From Chara braunii (lineage: Eukaryota > Plantae > Charophyceae), in NCBI GenBank assembly GCA_003427395.1, contig BFEA01000034.1, positions 2,799,153 to 2,863,152 of the forward strand: a stretch of 64,000 nucleotides of DNA. Reading direction: 5' to 3'. Numbering within the stretch: the stretch's first letter is position 1; every line of letters begins with the position of its first letter. The notes beneath the pieces were generated by a model. It saw only the letters and a program-made list of their open reading frames with translations. It was not told the origin of the DNA and did not search any database. A program made the translations under genes and the position numbers. Shown piece after piece: positions 48,200-60,300 of the stretch.

Positions 48200-49075
48200 T
48201 GTCAAAATCATTGTGAAAGTTATTTATTCGATGCATCTTGTGTAGATGTTCGACGTACAAGATGTATATTATCATATGAACGAGGCTAACCCTGTGCCAC
48301 TGAGCGAGTAACTTTCAGCGGAGGAGATTGGTATCCATTGATTTGCCGGTGAACCTCAACTGCAGCCAACATTGTATATACGCAACTCCTAAAAATCAAA
48401 GCGAAGCCCCTTCCCCAAAATTCTCTCAACAGAAATGTCTAACAATTACAATCGTATGTTTTTTTGAAACCCAAGAGTATAAGAGTTAGGCCATGCTGCA
48501 GGAATGAAGTCACTTCCAATACTGATGATTTTCGAATTATGGAATCACCAAACTCTGGTAGAGGAAATGAAAAAAAATTGCCATTTTAGTTTTTTTTTGT
48601 TTTTTTCGATGTTATTTTTATAAGTAACAATGAATATTGTTCTTCTGAGGTAACATGGTATAATGAGAATTAAACCTAATGGGGGACGAGGTTTTTTGTG
48701 TTAGATCAATGTTGACTTTCTATCACGCATCATGCCTCGAATTTTGACTGATATTCGTGGTAGGTAAAAGAAAAACTACTAGGAGTTATATTTTTTTTTT
48801 TTGTCGGAGAAGCTAGACATAAAGGTTGATCGTCCATGAAGTAATATTCATCTGTGACTTCAAGGGGTTGATGTTTGGCTGGTAATCATGGTAGATAAGA
48901 AAAAACGACTAGGAGTTAGGTTTTTTTTTTGACTTGATAAGCATGATATAAGGGTTGAGTTTCGATAAAGTAATCTTTATTGGTGATTTTAGGGTTTTAA
49001 TACTGTGAGATATAATATCTATGAACTTCTGAATATTTTGTATTAATGCATGAGAGCTATAGAATCGGCTTTGTA
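48200..49075 (+). pseudogene. Highly decayed SF1 (UvrD/FBH1-like) helicase relic
   Basis: Ordered motif-like peptides across stops and frameshifts: MFD-VQD (48246), FAGEPQ...LY (48342), LTIT.R (48439), GLSFDKVIFIGDF (48952), ELLNILY..CMRA (49023); paralogous fragment at 51203-51298. Confidence 0.45.
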
Positions 49076-52000
49076 GTAATAATATGGGTCGCAATCTAGT
49101 AGTATTGTCAATTTTATACTTATCAATTTTATTTTTTATATATTTTTTTCCTTTAAGTTGGTTCGTTCCTTTCGTCATTTTTCATTAATTCATTTTTATT
49201 TCCATTGTAACGATTAACCTATTTTTTATATGCTTATAAGGAGTAATTATAGTATGTCTCGTTTTACATTGACGGTGATTCTTATTTTATATCTCGGTTG
49301 ATAATTGTTCATCATACACGTAATCGTCGAAAGAAGAGACGTTGGTCGGAAGCATAAGGTAACATCGAATAACCATTATGTGAATGCAATGAATTCGTTT
49401 GTGTGGTTGGGGCAATAACTCTCTAGCTAGGATGAAAAAAAACATTTGTTCTATGATTCAAGGATTAAACACGAGAAAGGCAAAAAAAGAATCAACAAAC
49501 AGATATTCTGTCTTGTATGAAACGAGAATAAAAATGATATAAATAATAACAATAACAATTATCAGGAAGTGAAAAATACATAATAAAAAATATTGAAAGC
49601 GTAAAAAAAAAAAGTACATAAATTTTAAAATTGAAAGGATTCTTAAATGAGACCACAAAGGAAAGTCGTAAAAAACCTATATTCTTTATAATGAAAAAAA
49701 TCTGCAAAAAAAAAAACAAATTACTATCGTTGAGACATTGTTGGATTCACGTCAATACAAGAGGAAAAAGAAAAAGCTTCGAAAAAGTTGCATCGTGAAT
49801 AAGGATGATTTTTTTGTTTTTTTTTAGTTAAATGGTTACTATGACAAGGTTCGAAAGTGAGAATATTTTTTAATAATAAATTAATCGGATTTTAAAGCAA
49901 ACTAATAATATACCAATAAATGGGAGAGCGAGTCCCCTTTTTGACAAATTTACTTTGTCTTTTTGCGGAGCTACAATTTATCATGACACCGGGGAATGAT
50001 GCTAAGTTCATAAAAGGAAACAAATTTATCGATGATTTGCTTATAATTTGATGGTATGACGTCAAAGTAGAAAAATGACATGATAAACTGGATCACATTC
50101 TTTAGCGAATCAAAGATTGGTACCACGAAGGTCTATCGTTTGAAAATATGGAATAAAATAATGACTAACTGGAGTTTTAATAAAATACATTGGTGATCTT
50201 CGATAAACAAGCATGAACATACAGGCTGTTTAAGTTCAATACCATTGATACGGTATAAGAAGGCAAAATTGAGCATTTTACACTAAGCTCATGCTTTGTG
50301 ACTTTTCTACAAGACGCAAGGGAGAGGGATATCCTAATAAATTGTTTTAAGCGGGTTTTAGAAGACTGACTAGGAAGAAGAAGAGATGGTTAACGAATTC
50401 ATACAACTTATCATACCAATTGTAACAAAATCCAAGGGTCATTTTAGCCCAACTTGCCATGAAGTCATAGAGTAAAAACCATAGTTACGAATTATAAGGA
50501 AAACAAATTAATAATAATTAAAAACCTAAAAAACAGCAAGGCAAAAATGCACTTTCATGCAAAATTTACCAACATTGAATTTCATAAATCTTGAAAATTT
50601 CATAAATCTTAGCAGAGGAAATTCCAATGCTTCAAATGAGACCAAAATTGGTACACAAGAACCTTGAACCATAAAAAAAANNNNNNNNNNNNNNNNNNNN
50701 NNNNCTTTACGAAAGGAGATGACTATGCAGTTATTAGAATGAAGAAAAAAAAAAAAAAGGAAAAGATAAAGATGTTCTCAAAATAATTGTTGGACAGTGT
50801 AAAGGGCGTTGAGAAGGACCGGGTCTAAGGCTGAAAAAAAAACTCGAGGTATGAAATATGGGTAAAGTATGAGAAAAACAACATTTTTTAGACTATGGAC
50901 TTGGGAAGGACATAAAAGAGGCTAGTCGTATTAGGTTATTTTACTTGCTTTACGTTTTTTTTTAAATGTTATTTTTAGAAATAGCCGTCAACAAATACTT
51001 TCCTATGAAGGTAGTTTGGCCTAGTGAGAAGTAAAGCCAACGAGTGACGAAGATTGTTGTGCTAGAGAAGTTTTTTTGAAAATCTTGAATTGGAGATAGA
51101 TAGCGAGGTAGATTTGGTACAAACGTCTTCTCAAGCATCATGCATTGAACTTTTATCTATAATTGTGGTAGACCTCTTGGCCTAAGCAGCATGATGACAA
51201 CAAAAGGGTAGAGCGTCGGTGAAGTAATCTTCATTAGTGGCTTTGGGCGGTGCTATATTGTGACGTGTAACGTTCATGAACTCCTGAATGTTTTGTATAA
51301 ATATAGCAATTGTATTAATAATCCCTCACCATGCTTTTCCGAAACACACTCATAAAGTATCCCCGCACGTATCGGCTATAGGTGTCCAACCGGCATCATA
51401 AATGGTCGCTATGGAGGTAAGTCAAGTTTCCCACGCTATTTCACTTTTTATACTTATAGTGCGGATCATCCTCTTCCTCGCCCTAGGTATAAGTTGTAGC
51501 GATGACGCTCAAACACCCTTCCTAGCTTTGACTATACTATTTATTCCTTATAGGGTTATCGATGTTTTTCACCTTCCGATCCACCTCTTCCTTACCCTAC
51601 CTCGTTCTAAGCTTATAGTTATGACACCGAGACACCTTTCTTCTCTATCCTTCTTACTATACTAGTGTTGCCTTCTTTGTCTCTGCCTCGCCCAACAACA
51701 CCTTAGTCACAAATGTGTGCAAGGCCAAACAAATGAGTTAATTGGGTCAAACAAATCTTTTGTACAATTGGTTGGTGTAGATTTGCCTTTGCTTGCCTCC
51801 TGCAATGATGAGGATTTTTCAATCTTGGATACCTTGACTTGCTGTTGGTCAATGTCTGTCTGGACGTAGTTGGCCCTGAAAACGTTTGGGGCAGAGAACC
51901 TCTAATTGTATCTCAAATTTATGGCAGTGGTTGAGTCCTCGTGAATCTTCGACTTTTATTTTTTGTCTCGAGTTTGGGTGTAACTCCTTATTTTTTATGG

Positions 52001-52181
52001 GTCAACTATCTGATATGCGGCGTACTCGATCTCGTTTATTTTTCTCTTATCCCTTTCAGTTGCCAGTACATTGTCCAAACAAACTTGAGAATAGAAATCG
52101 AGTCAATCTGGAAAATTTTCAGGTTCGAGGTTACCGGATCAAAATGGTTGAGTAAGGAATAAAATTCTATATAATCCAACA

Positions 52182-52879
52182 CAAGGTTACCTGACCGAAC
52201 GTTCGGGCGTTCGGGGTCCCGTTCGGGGGTCGAACACCTCCCGGTTCAGCCCTCGCCAAAAATAATTTCGGGGCCTAAAAATAAATTGTTTTTTCTGAAT
52301 TTTGTTTTTCTGAGTTCTCTATGATGTAACCTACAGGCCTATAAATTTTGAAGCCATTCTGCCGAGCCAAAAAAACATTAAAAATCGTCAAAGATGAGGG
52401 TGTCAAAACGTGCTCGCCCAGTCACTGTTTTGTTTTTTTTCACTTTATTTCGGGGCCTAAAACATTTTTATTATTTTTTGAAAAAAAATTAATGAGTTAT
52501 TGATTATGTAAACTACATATCTGTAAATTTTCAGGGCATTTGTCAACGCCAAAACATAATTAAAAATCGACAAAGGTGGCGGTGTCAAAAAGATGCTGGC
52601 ACACTCACTCATTTTAATTCTCTTTTTATTTTTTCTTAGTTTTATCATAGTGTTTATTTTCTGTATTTGATTTTTAATTCAATTTTGGTAAAGAATTTGG
52701 ATGTAGTGCCCAATCAAATATTGTTTAGTTTATTTTTCTCCATAACATTTTTTTTTCGAAAGTTTTTTTTTTTTTTTTTTTTTTTTTTTCGCGTTCGGCC
52801 TGAACGGCCGAACACCTTCTGAAGGGGTTCGGGCGTTCGGGTTCAGGCATTCGGCCTGCCCCGAACGCCGGTAACACTG
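52182..52879. mobile_element. Non-autonomous hAT element (MITE)
   Basis: TIRs CAAGGTTACC / GGTAACACTG, perfect 8-bp TSD ATCCAACA, subterminal GTTCGG/CCGAAC repeats. Confidence 0.92.
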
Positions 52880-53064
52880 ATCCAACAGTTATATTTGTGG
52901 CTTATGAACGAGGTTTAAGAGCGAAAGAAAGGCATGCACCTAATGAAAAATGAATTATGCAATAAAACTTGAAATAAAAACAAAAAATGTGAAACAAACT
53001 TAGTTAAAAATCCACACAAACATAGGGCAGTGTCATACAACATAAAAAACTTGTATAATTAAAT

Positions 53065-53768
53065 GAAAGAGATTAATCAGCGTTTCCTCTGTGCGTGTTG
53101 TTACTACATTTCCCACACTCTCTGGATCGCCGATGACCGCCACCCAGTCCCCGTCTGTCAGCTTTGGTCCGTTTCGCAGAATGCGCACCCAATCCAGGAG
53201 AATCGTGAAGATCAGACTCTCCAGGTTGCCTCCTATATTATGACAATGCTTCAGCAACGTCCTCATCTGTGACTCTGTCTTCCAGCCTTTGTTTTCTGAG
53301 TCCCAAATGTCCTTAATTCTAGTTATGCCCCTTTTGACCCAGCTGTTCCACGGGGGGGCGGAGCTGCGATAGACCCTCCCTTGTCGATCCGTGATATTTT
53401 TGTTCGCGAACAGGGGTTGTCGAGCCACCTCCTCGCATCTGGTTGGCCCAGTTTTGTCTGGCAACGGTAGTTGGCGCCAGGCTTTCATGCAGTGGATCCA
53501 CAAACCGTCCTTTACAAGGTCGCTGCGGACTACGCTGCGGAGTGTGTCCGGGTTCGGGTCCTGGCTCGCGCGGGAGCGTCGAGGCAAGGACCAAAAGCGG
53601 TCTTCCAGCCAAGACAGGGGGGGTACTGTTCGATGGGCTTGTGGAGCGAGCCGGGTGATTTGTTCCAGCGCCAGGGCATGCCAAAGGAGGTCGTGTGTGA
53701 ACACCAATCTCCTGATCCATTGCACCATTAGTGATGTGACCTGGGTGCCCGGGTCCAAAATGCCCAAG
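53065..53768 (-). mobile_element. Inverted LINE ORF2 segment (paralogous to 54766-55445)
   Basis: ORF 53033-53767 translates to the same region as the forward copy, with substitutions and indels. Confidence 0.93.
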
Positions 53769-56700
53769 CGTTATAAGATGCTCGCGAAAGCCCTGGCGAA
53801 CCGGCTGATCCCGGTCCTGGATCAGATTATCCATCCGACACAGAATGGCTTCGTCAAGGGTCGCAGGATTCAGGACAACATTCTATTGGTGAATGAATTG
53901 CTTAAATTAACCAGGCAAGACAAACAAAACGTGGTCGTAGTCTTCATAGACTTCGAGAAAGCCTACGACCACGTGGACTGGCTGTTTTTTGACCGATGCA
54001 TGGAAAAAATGAATATAGGCCCGGTTTTTCGCCGTTGGACTGAAATCCTGCACTACAACGCCACCACAAGCGTCCAAATCAATGGCAGAATAGCACCAGC
54101 ATTTCCTCTACAACGGTCGGTCCACTAGGGAGACCCCTTGACCCAGTTTCTGTTCATAATAGTGATGGAAGCGCTGACAACGAATCTCCTTGCAAACAAA
54201 AACCTGAGGAAGCTGCAGATCTCAGCCATCCCGGAAGAAGCTATTCCTGTTTGCTCGATGTTCGCTGATGACCTGACACTTATGGTAGACGCCACCAACG
54301 ATAACATGGAAGAGATTAGACGATTGTTTGACAAATTCATGGCCAATTCAGACATGACAGTTAATTGGGGCAACAAAACCCTTGGGTGGTGGATACACCA
54401 CCAAGGGGTGCGCCCCCCAGAGCTGCTACAAGTTAAATGGCTCCCGGAAACGGCCCCGGTGAGAGTGTTAGGAATAATGTTGACGGCAATAGGAAAACCG
54501 ACATCGAACGATGACTGGATCCTAGAGAAGCTGGCGCGCTGGAGTGACAAACATACTTCCTTAATCGGTAGGGCGCTAGTGATTAACAGTGTGGTGTTGG
54601 CCGCCCTCTGGTACAAATCTGCAATATGGGTGCTTAGCAAAGAAGCAATGCGGTCCCTCAAACGACAAATAACGACAATGTTGTGGAGGGGTAATAGTGA
54701 GCTTACTAATGTTATACACAGAGCATCATGGACGTCGGTGATCCAATTCAAGGACAGAGGAGGCTTGGGCATTTTGGACCCGGGCACCCAGGTCACAACA
54801 CTAATGGTGCAATGGATCAGGAGATTGGTGTTCACACACGACCTCCCTTGGCATGCCCCAGATCACCCGACTCGCTCCACAAGCCCCTCGAACAGTAACC
54901 CCCCTGTCTTGGCTGGAAGACCGCTTTTGGTCCTTGCCTCGACGCTCCCGCAGGAGCCAGGACCCGAACTGGGATACAGTCCGCAGCGACCTCGTAAAGG
55001 ACGATTTTTGGATCCGCTGCATGAAAGCCTGGCGCCAATTACCGTTGCCAGATAGAACTAGGCCAACCAAATGGGAGGAGGTGGCTCGACAACCCCTGTT
55101 CGGGAACAAAAATATCACGGATCGACAAGGGAGGGTCTATCGCAGCTCCGCCCCCCCGTGGAACAGCTGGGTCAAAAGGGGCATAACTAGAATTAAGGAC
55201 ATCTGGGACTCAGAAAACAAAGGCTGGAAGACAGAGTCACAGATGAGGACGTTGTTGAAGCATTGTCATAATATAGGAGGCAACCTGGAGAGTCTGATCT
55301 TCACGATTCCCCTGGATTGGGTACGCATTCTGCGAAAGGGACCAAAGCTGACAGACGGGGACTGGGTGGCGGTCATCGGCGATTCAGAGAGTGTGGGAAA
55401 TGTAGTAACAACACACACAGAGGAAACGCTGATTAATCTCTTCCACAAAGAAAATGACAACAAACTAACCAAATATGCCCTGGATGTGACGAGGTGGTAT
55501 CGGAACACTGATTTGTACAGGATCCGGGTGCTACGGGATAAGGACGCTTGCATAGTATACCAGCCGGGGACCTGCATTGCGAATCTCCCCTTTGACCCGG
55601 AGGAGTGGCAGTGCCCCCCCGCGCGCAGAACCCCAAAGACAGAACGTGAAGCTCTACAGCCTGACAGTGAAGGCTAATTATCGCTTATTGCGCCCTAAGG
55701 TGAAGTTGAAAGATATCGTAAAAACCCGGTGGAGATCCCATCTGAATGGCGGGGTTGATGCCATCCGGCCCATTCGGTGGTTCTCCCTCACAAGGGCCAA
55801 ACCAGCGAAGCTAGCCTCACTGTAGTGGCAGATAGAATACCACTGCCTCCCCACCAATGACTGGCTAATAGACCGCACCAACCTAGAACAAAAAGGATTG
55901 ACACTCCCGTGGTGCAAATCGTGCCACGCGGCATTCCCCTCCCGAAAGATCCCGGAAACCATAGAACACATTTTCTTGCAATGTCCGGGATCTGTTCTTA
56001 CATGGCGATGGTGGGACAGGATTTGGAGGCTGCTGGACATCGGCACAAACTGGCCATGGGACTGGAGGGCGATACTGTGTGAGACACAGACCTCCCCTGC
56101 ATCTAGTACCTTTGAAGAGAATATGTTTAAAATAGGTAGGAGAGCGGTTATGTGGGCGATCTGGAGGAGACGTTGTATACACGTCATGGAGGGAGTCCGC
56201 ATAGCCGGGGAGGAAATGACAGACATGATTAAACAATTCATACACCAAGAACTTATGACGCAATGGCAGAAGGTCAAAATTCTGCTGGATCTGTGCCAAA
56301 CAAAGGAGGAAGAACAAAATATCCGACAATTTTCGGGGGACTGGCTGGGCGGCACGGACGGAGGCCAATCGCTTTCATCAAGTGGGATGGAGGCCAAACT
56401 CGGAGAAACGAAGCAGGCAACCACGACAGCAACCGGGAGATGATCATTAAAGACTATCAGATCTGTTTTAGAGACTGGACAACGGTGGGGCCAAGGGGTT
56501 CCGTTACGGCTACCATCGGATTTTCCCGACCCCTTTCCACCCCATCAGCTGGCGGTAGTGGACATGCAGTGGTATGGGGCGGAGTAAGCAGGCCTGATGG
56601 ACGCATGGGCGCCAGCATCAGGCCCTCTTTCGGAGCAGGGAATCAGTTGGCAGATGCACATATCTGGCGCCTGGCATAGGGCAAAGAAGTTCCCGACCCG

Positions 56701-56991
56701 ATACAACCTGCTCAGTTAATCCTCTGGACCCCAGAGCAATCAATGCTGGCAGGATTTTCTTTACTTCAGTCTGCATTTTCACTCTGTATATGGGACACTG
56801 GACCCGCTTTCCAGCAGGTGACGCTCCCCACCAATAGATGGAGCCTCCCCCCCGGTGCTAGCTGTGTCTGCTCTTACCAGCACCTCTAGCACTGGTGAGG
56901 GTTGTCTTTGAAAAAAAAAAAAGAAAAAAAAAAAGAAAAAGAAGAAAAAAAAAAGAAAAAAAAGAAAAAAAAAGAAAAAAAAAGAAAAAAG
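53769..56991 (+). mobile_element. 5'-truncated L1/Tx1-clade LINE (RT, C-terminal CCHC/zf-RVT region, 3' UTR, A-rich tail)
   Basis: YKMLAKALANRL...QNGFVKGRRIQDN...DFEKAYDHVDW...SVH*GDPL...FADD...GGLGI...CKSC...ETIEHIFLQC; stop at 56443; A-rich tail at 56911-56991; a few stops and frameshifts. Confidence 0.95.
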
Positions 56992-57012
56992 AATTAAATA
57001 ATAATTTTATAA

Positions 57013-57378
57013 CTAGGTTACCTGATCGGACGTCCGGGACCTCCCTGACCGTCCAGGGTTGTCCGCTCGGACAACCGATCAGACATCCTCCGCGGACAGT
57101 CTGTCCGAGCCCGAACAAAAAAAAAAAAAAAATCCTTAAAAAAATCTGTAAACCAACTATGTTATGCAGAAAAATAAACTGAACAACTTTTGCCTTGGGA
57201 TAATATCGAAATTCGTTGTCAAGTTTAAAATAAAAAATAAAATAAAAGACACCCCCAATTGTTTTTCCTTTTTTACGTGCTTTTAATTGCTAAAAATGGA
57301 GTTGTCTGGGCCCGGACGTCCGGGACCCCCCTGACTGTCCGCCCAAGACGTCCTGCCCTCAGAAAACTGGTAACATAG
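57013..57378. mobile_element. Non-autonomous hAT element (MITE)
   Basis: TIRs CTAGGTTACC / GGTAACATAG, 8-bp TSD TTTTATAA, subterminal CGGAC/GTCCG repeats. Confidence 0.9.
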
Positions 57379-60300
57379 TTTTATAATAAAATTACATTCT
57401 AATCAGAAAACTGGTAACATAGTTTTATAATAAAATTACATTTTAAAATTTAAATTTTAATTTCGTATTACAAAATGTCATTTAACTTTTATAAATTTTC
57501 GTCAGCCTTCCTTCAGCCTCCTGGTGTGAACAGCAGCTCCAGTATCACGAGCACAGCAGGCGAGTCAAAGCAAGCTTCTCACACTCTTACTTTCTCTGCT
57601 CACAGTCCTCATCACCGCCCTACCTCTAAGCTTGAATTATAGTGCTTGAGCGCATTTCCTGGCTATGGCTACACACTCTCTCCCTCTCCTTACTGTCCTG
57701 GTGATGTCTTCCTCTCCCTGGCACCAGCGTTCCCTACCTCACCCAGCTGCACTGACGAGCAAGGTAGAATGAATGAGCTGCAGGGGCAGGCAAATCTTCT
57801 GTACAGTCGACATGTCTAGTCCTGTCGCAGTTTGCCTCCTCCTGTGGTGGAGATTTCTTGATCTTCGCGACCCAGATTTGCTGTCGGCCAATGTGTGCCT
57901 GCACCCAGGAGGCCCTGGAAACTTCTGTAGCCATGCAGACAGCCTTTGATTGTGCATCAGATTTGTGGCCATGATTAACTCCTGAGAAATCTCCGACTCT
58001 TGACCTACTCTTCCCGAGTTTGGTGCCGACTCCCCGTTTTCCTGGAGTCAACTACCCGGTGAGGGGCACAGGCAGCCTCGTTTGATCCTGGACTCCATAC
58101 CTGCTGACCAAAGGACTTTTCTCAGACCTTGTCAAGACAAGAGATGTGACTTTTGACCCATGAATCTAGACTTCTACCACGAGTTACGACGCTGGTTTTT
58201 ATTTATTTTTTATTTTTTTAAATACAAAGTCCAGGTAGTTGTGAGGCTGGATTATAGACAGGTGAGAGTCACCTTCAGCACTCGGCCATGTGGTAGAGGC
58301 CCCCTAATCCAATGGGACTCCCTCCCAACCTACCACTCTCGTAACTTATTCCCGGTCCACTCCTAACTCCCGCTATCCTACCTCAGTGTCTACCACTCAC
58401 CCTCCGGTCTGGGGGTGACCTGACCGAACAGTGGTTGCAGGTACCAGGGCTAAGCTGAGCCCCACACACCCCGCTCAGCCCTGATCGAAGCATATTCGAG
58501 CGAGCCTTGCCGCCCGGCAACTTCAGGCGCTAGGCATAGAAGTTTCACTACTACAAGTCCCAAGAGGAGGACCTATCTTTCGTGTTCCTACCGCTATATA
58601 CACAGCTGTTGTTACTGTTACTGTTGTTGGTGTTAGGTTGTTCACTGTGAACACTGTTGTTATTACTACTTTGTTGTTGATGGTGAACTGAATATAGGAG
58701 GCAGACAACCTAATCAATCCCGTAGAGAGCCCCCCAAACACAGGAACCCTACACCGGCCATAGACTGTACGAACTCTCACTCTCATCAAGTGTTCCTATT
58801 TCTATGGGTGGGGTCTGTAAGGTCTTAGTTTTTTTAGACAGACATCGGCCATAGAGCGTACTAAGCCTCACTCTCATCAACCACCGTTCCATTCCATGGG
58901 CGAACTGTCCTGAGGGGAGCCCACATCCTAACCCCTCCCGAGCGTAGTAGTGTCTGACCCCCCCAGATCTCCAGCTAGCAACGGGCCCCCCTTCTAGTCT
59001 CTACTCTTACCCCCAGAAAACTACCAACACCGAGCACAGACGGTCCTAAGTCTCACTCTGATCAACTGTTCCTGATTCTGTGGGCCTAGGTGTACACATT
59101 AGCTTTCCTCGCTTTTGCGCGTGAGCAATCAGTTCAGTTTGATAGGAAGAGTTTCATTCAAGTGTGTGATGCATCCAATGCAGTCTATATGTGAGTGTTT
59201 TGAATTGCTTGAAGTCGAGCAAAAAGGGGATGGGACACTAGGTATAGACAGTTCAAGCAGCATTGCGCTCAGGTAGCAAACAGGTGAGGGTGAGGGAGAG
59301 AAGAGGAAAGGGTGTGAGGAAGAGATGCAAACAGGGAATACAGTAAAGGTGGGGTGGGGTGGGGGGTGGGGTGGGGTGTGGGGGGGGGGGGGGGGGGGGG
59401 GGGGGAGGCGGATACTGCCAGAGATAGGACACAGGGAAAAGCCCGAGAGGTCAAGCCACTGAACAGCCAAACAGCACTTGCCACCTCATCATCTCCCCAC
59501 AATTTCACAAATCAACGACTCGGATGATTAGCTAATAAGAAGCTTGAGCAGCTGACGAGACTCCATAGCTTGAAAGTAATCCAATCAAATTATCAAACAC
59601 ATGCAAAGACTGCCAATAAAATATCCATCGTAAATAGTCAAACGACTTTAATTCCACTAATTCACAAGAACTTGTTGCCCTTCACCTACAGTTTGGCCAG
59701 TTATTCCAAGCAGAGTTTTCTCTGGTTTCATACTTGAACTTCAAACCCAGTCTCCATCGAACAGCCAAAACTCACGAATCGCACAACTATGGATATAGTT
59801 GCTACAGCTCAAACATTGTTCATAACACAGTACATCTCTTGATCAAATAGCTAATCCAAGAATTGTCCACGGACACTACAACAGAAGTACAACGCAACCA
59901 GACTTCATCTGTTAATCGCAGCATATAGCCATCAAGCCACTATGCGATGGCTGCCCATCGATAACATTCGGGCGAGCTGCGGACGGGCAAGACAACAGTC
60001 CTAACTGGTCCGCTATAGGAATTTGAGCTTCCAGGGGTCAGATGCAAGACCCTGGAAGACTTCTCTTCCCTCCCCCTTCCCTCTGCCTTGCCCCGCCTGC
60101 CCATGCCTTCACCATGGAGATACACTAACATTCCTCTAACGAAAAGGAAAGAGGAGGGTGGGGAGGAGAGGGGGGGGAGGGGAGGGAAGAGAGACAGAGC
60201 CTGTAACCTTAATTTTGGTGAAGGCAAAAACCGCTTGGAAGAACAAAAAACATCAGCTGGGCTGTGCAGACACCACACACGGAAGCCTTGAAGCCTGGAA

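Noticed and set aside
58196-59070. Possible minus-strand SINE-like element with three CTCACTCT(C/G)ATCAA motifs and a T-rich end
   Set aside because: No Pol III boxes or TSD identified; similarity to other tails is too short to support a call.
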